DNA of 64,000 nucleotides from an uncultured Desulfobacteraceae bacterium (GTDB lineage Bacteria; Desulfobacterota; DSM-4660; Desulfatiglandales; HGW-15). Location: contig CAZFMX010000002.1 in the NCBI GenBank assembly GCA_964520425.1, positions 36,809-100,808 on the forward strand. The letters are read 5' to 3'. The notes under the pieces were generated by a model. It had not been told where the DNA came from, searched no databases, and was given only the letters and a program-made list of their open reading frames with translations. Below, piece by piece: positions 1-8,722 of this stretch. The translations under genes were made by a program, and so were the position numbers. The first letter of the stretch is position 1. Every line of letters starts with the position of its first letter.

Positions 1-177
1 TTCCTGGTTAGGCATGAATATATCTGTGAGGACAAGATCCGCGGGATGGTCTCTGTAAAGCTCGACCCCTTTTGAACCATCAGCGGCATCCATAACCTCA
101 TACCCCTCTGTTTCCAAAATCCTCCGGAGCATTCTGCGTATCTGGGCTTCATCGTCTATGACAAGTACACTTGCCAT
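1..177 (-). CDS. Response regulator receiver protein, 5' part (truncated by window edge)
   Basis: Manual translation from ATG at 177: MASVLVIDDEAQIRRMLRRILETEGYEVMDAADGSKGVELYRDHPADLVLTDIFMPNQE, with REC DD and D-x-x-MP motifs; AGGAGG SD at 184-189. Confidence 0.9.
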   Translation of the reverse strand, partial: MASVLVIDDEAQIRRMLRRILETEGYEVMDAADGSKGVELYRDHPADLVLTDIFMPNQE

Positions 178-316
178 ACCTTATCCTCCTGTAATGTTGC
201 TCTTAACTAAATGAAGGTCAAAACCTTGATTCCATTTTCAGATCATTGAAATGATCGGAAAACTCTTGGGCCAGATTTCCAGAAACCTGATCTGACCTCC
301 ATTAATCTATAGACAA

Positions 317-332
317 TGAAAGAATCGTGCCA
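317..332 (-). promoter_or_regulatory. Possible sigma54 (-24/-12) promoter
   Basis: Minus strand TGGCACG-attc-TTTCA; -24 is perfect and -12 has one mismatch to TTGCA. IHF-like ATTCAA-ttgg-TTA at 361-373. Confidence 0.4.
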
Positions 333-415
333 TCTTGTATCAACGGAATTTTCTGTCTAAATTCAATTGGTTATTTAATTCCAGCATCCCCATGGACTGG
401 TGCAATGTCTCCCGT

Positions 416-2002
416 TTAACAGTAATCTTCCTGTGAGGCGGTAATGATTCCTGTTTGAGAGGAATCTTTTTCTAAACCATTTTCTCGAGACATCTCTGAT
501 TCTCTGCGCATATTCATGCACGACCGATTGGCTCGATCGCCCCACAATCGGTAGACGTCAATATGGTTCGACATGCCTTTAAACGATTTCTTCTCGACAA
601 ACTGGGATAAATACCCCCCCTTTAATCTCTCCACCGCTTCTTTCAAAGCGAGCACTTCATTCGGTGCTGCATGTGAACACAGCCTCCTGGCGATATTGAC
701 CGTATTCCCGATAACCGTATAATCATAGCGCTTTTCCGAGCCCACGTTGCCCACAAACACTTTACCCGTATCAATACCGATCCCAATGCCCAGGCCCCCA
801 AAGTGAGGTGAAACCTCAGAAAACTTCTCCTTCAACTCCGCGAACGATGTTACCATATCAAGCCCAGCTTCCACTCCGCTTTGGGTTGTATTTTCCAATG
901 CGATCGGGGCGCCGAAAAAGGCCATGACTTCGTCTCCAATGAACTTGTTGATACTCCCCCCGGATTTAAAGACAATCCGGGTCATGGCGCTGTAGAATTC
1001 GTCAAGGAAATCGATAATAGCTTCAAGTTCCACGTGATTCATCATCTGACTAAATCCACGAATATCTGCGAACAGAACCGTCATTTCGACCTGTTCTCTC
1101 ATTCTTTTCGGTTGGTTCCACTCTTCTATCCTATTCATCAGTTCTTTGGCGACTTGGGGGGAGTGGAGTTGCTCAAGCATTGTCTGAAATCGAATGCGCT
1201 GGTGCTTTTCTCCCATAAGAATCGCATTATGAATCGCCACCGCAACATTATTGGCGAAAACAGTGATCAATTTCAGGTCGTTCTCGGAGTAACTTTTCTG
1301 CCTTTCCGTGATATTCACATTCATCACTCCAATGCATTTCTTCCCTATCTTAAGGGGTAAACACATAGCTGAGGTAATGTTCCATGCCTTCTTTTCCATG
1401 CCGGGGAAGTCGTCCGGACTCACTTCTCCATTGAGTAGAAGGGGCCTGCCGTTTTCTACCACCCACCCGGCGATCCCTTCCCCGATAGGAAGCTGAGCAT
1501 CTTCAGTAAACTCAACTCCTTTTCCATAGGAGGCTTTAGTCTGCAGTATTCTCTTTTGGTCATCGACGAGCATGATGGAAGAATGCTGAGCGTCAAAGCA
1601 TCTTAACATCTCCCTTGTGATAGTCTTTAGAATGTCTGACAATTCCTTTTGGGAATTGATGCAGGAGCTGACCTCCAAGAGGGCACTGAGGATCGTTACC
1701 TCTCTGTCCAAGTTTCTTGCCGTCACTTCTATCTTCATTAAGGCTCTGGAAAGCATCATGACCTTCCTTTGTTGGACGATCATGTAGGCGCAGAAGAGTA
1801 AAACCAGCAAAGAGAGGAAGATTGAGAGCTTATAGGTATCTCCTGAAACAATAATTCTTGACCCTCCTAAAAGAGTGAGAATCTGCATGGCGAGGAGTGA
1901 CAGTGTCAAGTAAAGAATCAAGACCACGGCAAGCAAAATCAAATGCCGGGTCCTCTTTTCTATCTTCCGAATGCTCTCCTCATGGGTTTTCATACGCTTC
2001 AT
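416..2002 (-). CDS. Membrane-anchored GAF-domain class III adenylate cyclase
   Basis: Two N-terminal hydrophobic segments, a GAF region, and cyclase motifs VLFADIRGFS, INKFIGDEVMA and YTVIGNTVNIARRL (Lys/Thr specificity pair typical of class IIIb adenylyl cyclases). Confidence 0.9.
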   Translation of the reverse strand: MKRMKTHEESIRKIEKRTRHLILLAVVLILYLTLSLLAMQILTLLGGSRIIVSGDTYKLSIFLSLLVLLFCAYMIVQQRKVMMLSRALMKIEVTARNLDREVTILSALLEVSSCINSQKELSDILKTITREMLRCFDAQHSSIMLVDDQKRILQTKASYGKGVEFTEDAQLPIGEGIAGWVVENGRPLLLNGEVSPDDFPGMEKKAWNITSAMCLPLKIGKKCIGVMNVNITERQKSYSENDLKLITVFANNVAVAIHNAILMGEKHQRIRFQTMLEQLHSPQVAKELMNRIEEWNQPKRMREQVEMTVLFADIRGFSQMMNHVELEAIIDFLDEFYSAMTRIVFKSGGSINKFIGDEVMAFFGAPIALENTTQSGVEAGLDMVTSFAELKEKFSEVSPHFGGLGIGIGIDTGKVFVGNVGSEKRYDYTVIGNTVNIARRLCSHAAPNEVLALKEAVERLKGGYLSQFVEKKSFKGMSNHIDVYRLWGDRANRSCMNMRRESEMSRENGLEKDSSQTGIITASQEDYC

Positions 2003-2044
2003 CGAGTATTAGCTGTTGTCTTGAGAATGAAGTATGTCAGAGCC

Positions 2045-3133
2045 TCAGGAAGGCAACTTGAAATCTTTCTCTCTGAATAGGCGCAAACAGGCGTCTGTTA
2101 CTTCAGAATCATAGAGTCGGCCCCTGTTGCGATTGATCTCCTCTAACGCCGCGTCAAGGCTGAGAGCGGGACGGTAAGGTCTGTGGGAGGCCATGGCTTC
2201 AATTACGTCAGCGACAGCTAGAATCTTTGATTCCAAGAGAATTTCCTTCTCGGTTAATCCCCGAGGATATCCTGAACCATCTAACCTCTCGTGATGCTGG
2301 AGCACAATCTGAGCGATCGGCCAAGGAAAGGCGATATCCTTCAGTATCTCGTAACCCAGCCGGGAATGGGTCTTGATAAGACTGAACTCTATTTCTGTTA
2401 ACCGACCCGGTTTGTTAAGAATTTCCGCGGGGACCGTTATTTTGCCCAAGTCATGGATCATTCCAGCCATGCGGATACCTTCGATCAGTGCTCCATTGAG
2501 ATCCAACTCTTCAGTAATGGCACAGGCAATCTTCGACACACGATTTTGATGCCCGGCCGTATAGGGATCTCTCATTTCAACGGTCATCGCCATAGCTTCT
2601 ACAAATCCATTCATGGCCATTACAAGGCGTTCATTAGCGACTCGAAGGGAATCTGTACGTTCGGTAATCATCGTTTCAAGATTCTTATGGTAGGTCCGAT
2701 TTTCTAACTCCAACTTCCGTCTGCGCAGCGCGCAGGACACATTGAACATCAGCTCGTCGGGACGAAAAGGTTTCACAACATATCCAAAGGCCCCATTTTC
2801 TAGGACATTTTTTGCGACGTCCATGTCGCCTACTCCTGTTATCATGATGACGGCAGTATCCGGATGCTCTTTAGATATGTGTTTTATCAAATCCACTCCC
2901 GATTCACCCGGCATCTTCATATCACAAAGAACCAGATCAAATTCCTGGCCTTTGATTAATGATCTGGCTTCCTCAGCATTTGCGGCTTGAGCATATTTAA
3001 AGCCTTGATTTTCAAGCTTGCGGCACACCAAACGACGCACGCTGGCTTCATCATCAACTACCAGGATCTTTGGAACTTCCTGAACCGTCTCACCAGAAAA
3101 TACATCGCTCAAATCAAGTTTTACACTTGCCAT
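2045..3133 (-). CDS. REC-HD-GYP response regulator (cyclic dinucleotide phosphodiesterase)
   Basis: REC (VVDD, LCDMKMP, VVKPF) followed by TAGHQNRV, HDLGK, HHERLDGSGYP and RPYR motifs. Confidence 0.93.
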   Translation of the reverse strand: MASVKLDLSDVFSGETVQEVPKILVVDDEASVRRLVCRKLENQGFKYAQAANAEEARSLIKGQEFDLVLCDMKMPGESGVDLIKHISKEHPDTAVIMITGVGDMDVAKNVLENGAFGYVVKPFRPDELMFNVSCALRRRKLELENRTYHKNLETMITERTDSLRVANERLVMAMNGFVEAMAMTVEMRDPYTAGHQNRVSKIACAITEELDLNGALIEGIRMAGMIHDLGKITVPAEILNKPGRLTEIEFSLIKTHSRLGYEILKDIAFPWPIAQIVLQHHERLDGSGYPRGLTEKEILLESKILAVADVIEAMASHRPYRPALSLDAALEEINRNRGRLYDSEVTDACLRLFREKDFKLPS

Positions 3134-3457
3134 GTCTATCTTTCTCCTCTAATTTATTTTATTTTCTCTTATACCTTAGAGAGGACCTCCTCGCCTTGAA
3201 TCTTCTTGTAGATGGTACAATTGGGGAACAAATCCCTTCAGCCCCATATGTCATATTATACCTCTCAGACACTTTCACTCACTTTTAAGAATCGAAATAT
3301 GGGACGCTCGTATTTCATACAATCAATCACGGCCAAGTACTTCATAAAGCCAAGATCTCGAAGAGGGCAATAGATATACAGGATTGAGATAGTGCTCCAA
3401 TCTGGCGTTCATATCAGATTATCGTTCACCTTGTTCAGACATCCTCATCAAGATTAC

Positions 3458-3472
3458 TCAAGATGCATGCCA
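3458..3472 (-). promoter_or_regulatory. Possible sigma54 promoter for the HD-GYP/cyclase genes
   Basis: Minus strand TGGCAT-gcatc-TTGA (GA instead of GC at -12). IHF-like TTTGAA-taag-TTA at 3503-3515, and repeated TTTTCTTGTG at 3568-3577 and 3588-3597. Confidence 0.4.
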
Positions 3473-3724
3473 AACCACCCATTGACACTATTTATCCTGT
3501 GATTTGAATAAGTTAACCCTAACTGCGGCATTGATAAAACCAAGAAATGCCTGGTGTTGAATAGCCATTTTCTTGTGAAGTGGGATTTTTTCTTGTGTGA
3601 CAGGAATCCTTACGTTGGTCACCGGGGCTTGTATGTTGGCGGGATGAGACGGCTGACTTGAGATTTTTCAAAGCAACCGTCAAACATCGAGTCTCGACTT
3701 TTCGGGATCAAATACCCGAGTTTC

Positions 3725-5131
3725 TCAAAATTTGTTTATGCCATACTTCTTTAAAAGGTAATACAGGCGGGACCGTGAAAGACCTGAAATATGACAGGCC
3801 TCTTTGAAGTCCCTTTTGGTGAGTAGCACGAGGTCGTGCAAGTACTGCTGTTCAGCGTTGGCTAGGGCGGTATCTCGCACTTCCTGCAGTTTGGGAAGAG
3901 AAAAAACCTGAGGATCCTCTTCTGAATAGATTTCCTTCTCAGACCTTTTCTTACTGACTGATGCCCTGGCTTGGTGAACTCGGAGTTCTGTGGGCAGGTG
4001 TCTGGGAAAGAGTGTCGGCTCGAATCGAGCCATGGCCAGCACTCTCTCCATGGTATTGAGTAATTCACGAACATTTCCCGGCCAATCATACACAGTCAGT
4101 GCATCGAAAAAATCAGGAGAAAATCCCTTTGTTTCAGTGCCATATCGCTCGCAGAGCTTAGCTATGTGATGGAAGGCAATCTCCTTTATATCACCGGGGC
4201 GTGTCCTTAGAGGAGGTACCTCAATGGTCACAGCCTGGATACGGAAGTAGAGATCCTGCCTGAATTGCCCTGATTGGACCATACTTCCCAGATCCCTGTT
4301 CGTGGCCGATACGAGCCTGAAATCACTCTCAACCTCCTTATTACTGCCTAGAGGACGAAAACGACGTTCTTGGAGTGCACGCAAGAAGTCCTTTTGAACG
4401 GCCAATGGAAGTTCTCCCACTTCATCTAAGAAAAGGGTACCCCCGTCAGCCTCTTTCATGAAACCCACACGTGGCCTTTCGGCTCCGGTGAAGGCTCCTT
4501 TTTCGTGCCCGAAGAGCATACTCCCAACAAGGTTCTCGGGTAGAGCAGCACAATCGAGCACAACAAAGTTCTTAGTAGCTCGAGCACTGTTTTTGTGAAC
4601 GGTTTTGGCAAAGAGCTCTTTTCCCGTGCCGGTTTCACCCGTTATGAGCACATTTACATCGCTGTTTGCCACTTGTGCCACCAGGTCCAGGCATGCCTCC
4701 AACTCCGGACTGTTTCCCACAATACCTTCCCGCCTCAGTATCGCACGTATATTCGTCTGAGACTTTTTCTCGTGGTATTGGAGGGCACGAGTTATCTGCA
4801 GACCAAGATTATCCATATTAAATGGTTTCTGAACATAGGCCCAAGCGCCGGTTTCTATGGCAAGCTCCGCGCCATCCGGATCACCCTCTCCTGTGATAAT
4901 AATAACCTCTGGAGAAGAATCCGCTTTCTGCATCATAGGAAGTGCATCCAGACCGTTTCCATCAGGCAGACGTACATCGAGAAAAACTACGTCAAATGCG
5001 TCGGACAATACTTCCTTAAGCCCGTCTTCAAGGGTCAAGACAGAGGCGCACTCGTGTCCCATACGCTCAATATAACGGGTCAGTGTCTTACATATCATCT
5101 TGTCGTCATCAACAATCAGAATCTTGGACAT
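3725..5131 (-). CDS. NtrC-family sigma54-dependent response regulator (REC-AAA+-HTH)
   Basis: REC domain; Walker A GETGTGKE; GAFTGA; Walker B LFLDEVGE; WPGNVREL; C-terminal Fis-like HTH. Confidence 0.95.
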   Translation of the reverse strand: MSKILIVDDDKMICKTLTRYIERMGHECASVLTLEDGLKEVLSDAFDVVFLDVRLPDGNGLDALPMMQKADSSPEVIIITGEGDPDGAELAIETGAWAYVQKPFNMDNLGLQITRALQYHEKKSQTNIRAILRREGIVGNSPELEACLDLVAQVANSDVNVLITGETGTGKELFAKTVHKNSARATKNFVVLDCAALPENLVGSMLFGHEKGAFTGAERPRVGFMKEADGGTLFLDEVGELPLAVQKDFLRALQERRFRPLGSNKEVESDFRLVSATNRDLGSMVQSGQFRQDLYFRIQAVTIEVPPLRTRPGDIKEIAFHHIAKLCERYGTETKGFSPDFFDALTVYDWPGNVRELLNTMERVLAMARFEPTLFPRHLPTELRVHQARASVSKKRSEKEIYSEEDPQVFSLPKLQEVRDTALANAEQQYLHDLVLLTKRDFKEACHISGLSRSRLYYLLKKYGINKF

Positions 5132-5195
5132 CTTGATTAATCCCTAGTTTTATCATTCTTTTTTTCGAGCTACGACTGGTGTTCTCATTTCCAGA

Positions 5196-8057
5196 TCATT
5201 TACCATTCTTGTCCAGTACCGCCCTTACCTTACTCGCCAGATTCTTCGGTGTAAACGGTTTTTCGATAAACTCCACCCCTCGGGTCAGAATACCGTGATC
5301 CACAATGGCGTTACTAGTATACCCGGACATGAAAATCACCTTCACACGGGGATGAATTTTTTTCACCATTCCCGCTAGTTCCTTCCCACTCATCTTCGGC
5401 ATCACCACATCGGTTAGAATCAGATCAATCGAGCCGTCGTGGGCTTCGCTAACCCGTAAAGCATTTTCTCCGTTTTCAGCCTCCAGAACTCTATATCCAT
5501 TCTTCTTGAGCGAGTTTCGCGCAAGTTTTCGAACGCTGTCATCATCTTCCACAATCAAAATAGTCTCGGAGCCGCCAAACGCCTCCGCAAAGAGTTGATC
5601 TTCACTTTCCGGATCTACACTCCCCTTTGTCCTAGGAAGATAAACTTTAAATGTGCTGCCCTGCCCCAGCTCAGTGTAAACCCAGATAAATCCTCCGTTC
5701 TGTTTCACAATGCCGTAAATAGTGGAAAGACCCAGACCTGTACCCTTGTCACTCGCCTTAGAGGTAAAGAAAGGCTCAAATATGCGTTCCTGGGTCTCCC
5801 TGTCCATGCCAGTTCCGTTATCGTTTATAGCCAACTTCACATAACTACCGATCTGCCCCGCAACACCATGTTTGCGAAAAAAGTCCTCATCCAGTTCCAC
5901 ATTAGCCGTCTCAATGATAAGTTTGCCACCCTCGGGCATGGCATCCTTGGCGTTTACCACCAGGTTCATGATGATCTGCTCTATCTGCCCTGGATCGGCT
6001 TCAACGAGCCATAATTCAGGCGCTGCAATCACAGACATCTCAATATCTTCTCCAATAAGTCTGGAAATCATCTTACCCATGTCCGTTATTACTTCATTGA
6101 TATCCATTACCCTTGGCTGAATCAATTGCTTACTGCTAAAGGCCAGAAGTTGACGGGTCAGATCAGCCGCCCTCTCGCCGGCTTTCTTGATATCTTGTAT
6201 ATCCTCGAAAAGGGGATCTTTTTCGTGCAGAGTGGTCAGTGCGAGATGGCAGTTACCGATAATCGTCGTAAGAATGTTATTGAAGTCGTGGGCCACACCA
6301 CCTGCTAGAGTACCGACGGCCTCCATCTTCTGAGACTGGAAGAGCTGGGCCTGCAATGCATCACGGTCTTTTTCCGCCTCCTTCCGTTGTGTAATGTCTG
6401 TGACAATGCCATCGATTTCTTGAAAAATCCCTTCTTTGAAATGCGATTTCTTGCTGTCGCTAACCCAACGAAGACTTCCGTCCTTTGCAGTGATTCTGTA
6501 TTCATGTACCAATTCAGACGGCTTTTGTATTAATTCCAGGCTTTCACTAAAAAACCTTGCTCTATCACCAGGATGTATCAGCTCAACCCAATTCACTTTC
6601 CTAGACTCAAATTCATTAACTGTATACCCTGAAATGGATTCACTATTGCTTATGACTTCTGTTGACCAATCTGATTCTGCTCTGTAGACCATGCCTATGA
6701 CATTACTCACTAAAGTCCGGTATTTCTCCTCACTTTCAGCAAGAATATCATCCGCCTCTTTGCGCCCCACTGCAACTGCAAAAAGCTTGGCCAAATGTGA
6801 AACGACCTCCAAATCACTGTCTGAGAAGCCCTCTTTACAGTTTGCCAACGCCAATTGACCGACCAACCTGTCCCCAAGCAGGGCCGGAACGGATAGAAAG
6901 TTTCTGATTGGAATGTGTCCCGGAGGTAACCCTCCCGATGATTCGTGGTTATCGGGAGTGTTCGTGTAAAAAGCACCTCGCGTGTTGAGTGCGTGCCCCC
7001 ACAAATTCGGATATCGTCCGTCAGGGTCCAAGGGAAAAATAAAGCGCCTATCTTTTCCCGATACGTGGCATTCTTTGTCCATCATTTTGGTAATCGTGTA
7101 ACTGATATTCGCGCCGGTCTCTCTATCAATGACTGATACATAACCATGTTCACTACCGGTCAGCAATCTTGCGTATCGGAGAGTAGTATCCGTAATATCG
7201 CTAAGCGCATCGGACATTCCAACCATATTGCTCGACATTCTGGCCAAGGCTCTATTGATCTTCAGTCCGCGTTGAAGCAGCTCTTGCTCCTCTCTTTGCA
7301 CGGTTGTGTTCCGCGCATTTACGACGAGACCTTTTGGTTCATTGTTTGGACTTAAATAGGGATAGTAACGGATCTCCATGTATCTTCTTTCGCCTTCAGG
7401 GGAAACAACCCACCTTTCGAAGAAGACATTTTTGCCTTCAAGACACCTTTCGGCATTCGGCCTAATAACGCTTTCAAAGACCTCCTCCCCAAAAACCTCA
7501 CTCATGGAATGCCCGATTACCTCGTCCTTGACCAAACCAAACGACTTCGCATACGCATCATTTATAGCCAGATAAGAGAGGTTTTTATCAATTAAAGCCA
7601 GCATATCGGTGGAGCAGGAGACAATGCTCTCGAACTGGCGAAGCCTTTCCTCCGCCTGCTTGCGTTCTGTGATGTCAGTCCCTGAACTAAGATGCCCGAT
7701 GATGTCTCCTTCTTCATTCCTTAAAAGAGTATTGTGCCACAAGATTAGCCTTTCTTCTCCATGCTTTGTTAACACGGGATTCTCAAAATACTCTATGGAC
7801 TCTGTCTTCTCAGAGAGTATCGATTCTGAAACTCCCTTTACTTCATTTTTCAAACTCTCGGGAAGGAAATGATCAAACCAATTCTTTCCAATAATCTCCT
7901 CCTCCTCGTATTCCAAAATCTCACATCCCCTTTTATTTATTTGTGTGACATTTCCTTCAGCATTGATGGCTATCAACATTACTCCTGCCAAATCGAAGTA
8001 TGCCTGCAAGGTACTCACACGATTTAACAATTCTTCGTAGGACGGTTTTTCGGCCAT
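5196..8057 (-). CDS. Hybrid sensor histidine kinase (PAS-PAS-GAF-PAS-HisKA-HATPase-REC)
   Basis: GGVAHDFNN H-box, QIIMNLVVNA N-box, DNGTGM, FEPFFT, GTGLGL; C-terminal REC (VEDD, LTDVVMP, IEKPF). No transmembrane segment seen. Confidence 0.95.
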   Translation of the reverse strand: MAEKPSYEELLNRVSTLQAYFDLAGVMLIAINAEGNVTQINKRGCEILEYEEEEIIGKNWFDHFLPESLKNEVKGVSESILSEKTESIEYFENPVLTKHGEERLILWHNTLLRNEEGDIIGHLSSGTDITERKQAEERLRQFESIVSCSTDMLALIDKNLSYLAINDAYAKSFGLVKDEVIGHSMSEVFGEEVFESVIRPNAERCLEGKNVFFERWVVSPEGERRYMEIRYYPYLSPNNEPKGLVVNARNTTVQREEQELLQRGLKINRALARMSSNMVGMSDALSDITDTTLRYARLLTGSEHGYVSVIDRETGANISYTITKMMDKECHVSGKDRRFIFPLDPDGRYPNLWGHALNTRGAFYTNTPDNHESSGGLPPGHIPIRNFLSVPALLGDRLVGQLALANCKEGFSDSDLEVVSHLAKLFAVAVGRKEADDILAESEEKYRTLVSNVIGMVYRAESDWSTEVISNSESISGYTVNEFESRKVNWVELIHPGDRARFFSESLELIQKPSELVHEYRITAKDGSLRWVSDSKKSHFKEGIFQEIDGIVTDITQRKEAEKDRDALQAQLFQSQKMEAVGTLAGGVAHDFNNILTTIIGNCHLALTTLHEKDPLFEDIQDIKKAGERAADLTRQLLAFSSKQLIQPRVMDINEVITDMGKMISRLIGEDIEMSVIAAPELWLVEADPGQIEQIIMNLVVNAKDAMPEGGKLIIETANVELDEDFFRKHGVAGQIGSYVKLAINDNGTGMDRETQERIFEPFFTSKASDKGTGLGLSTIYGIVKQNGGFIWVYTELGQGSTFKVYLPRTKGSVDPESEDQLFAEAFGGSETILIVEDDDSVRKLARNSLKKNGYRVLEAENGENALRVSEAHDGSIDLILTDVVMPKMSGKELAGMVKKIHPRVKVIFMSGYTSNAIVDHGILTRGVEFIEKPFTPKNLASKVRAVLDKNGK

Positions 8058-8722
8058 TGGACAAGACTCCTATGATACAAAATGCATGAGGTTGTACCTT
8101 CGACTTGATGGTCCATGTACACGAGAACAGACAATCAGAGTTTTGCCGTTTGCGTTTCCCTCTGATTTTAATCGAGAGGATCTGGATAATGCTCTTTCAC
8201 GCACTTCGGACAAACCCTTTGATCGGATTTAGCTTTGGAATCTCACTGGTAATGGCAACGATTCTGCCCATACGTATACTCTGGCCATCCTAAACACTGT
8301 GTTTCAAGAGTGTCTTGACGACAAACTAGCCAGATCTCGAATTGTCTTCTTAACGGAATTTCAACTAAAGTAAGACCTGTCGTGGAAGAAGAATTATCCT
8401 TAATTAAAAATATTATAGTTATAATGAACTAAATCTGTCAATAGACATTTAGAGCTTATCCACCATCGGCGCTCGAAATTGACCAGCCTCGAAAGAGAAG
8501 TCAAGAATATCTATAGGTTCACCGGCAGAAAAGAGGGCTCAGATGAGTGGGGCATTATTACATACCGGCTCAAAAACTAGGATTTTTTAGACACGGTGCT
8601 ATTCACAATATAGAAGACGAGAGATAAAGGAAGTCTTGGAAGAAAAATAGTGTGGATTGCGCCTTTCGATAGATTAAAAGAAAAGAAAAAAGGAACATGT
8701 GGGGATTATGAGGTATAGAGGT

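Noticed and set aside
881-1360. 159-aa plus-strand ORF
   Set aside because: Antisense shadow of the adenylate cyclase; no motifs.
8105-8293. 62-aa ORF and nearby frames in the kinase/cys spacer
   Set aside because: No SD and no recognisable motif; the minus-strand MGRIVAI frame is interrupted and lacks a ParA Walker A.
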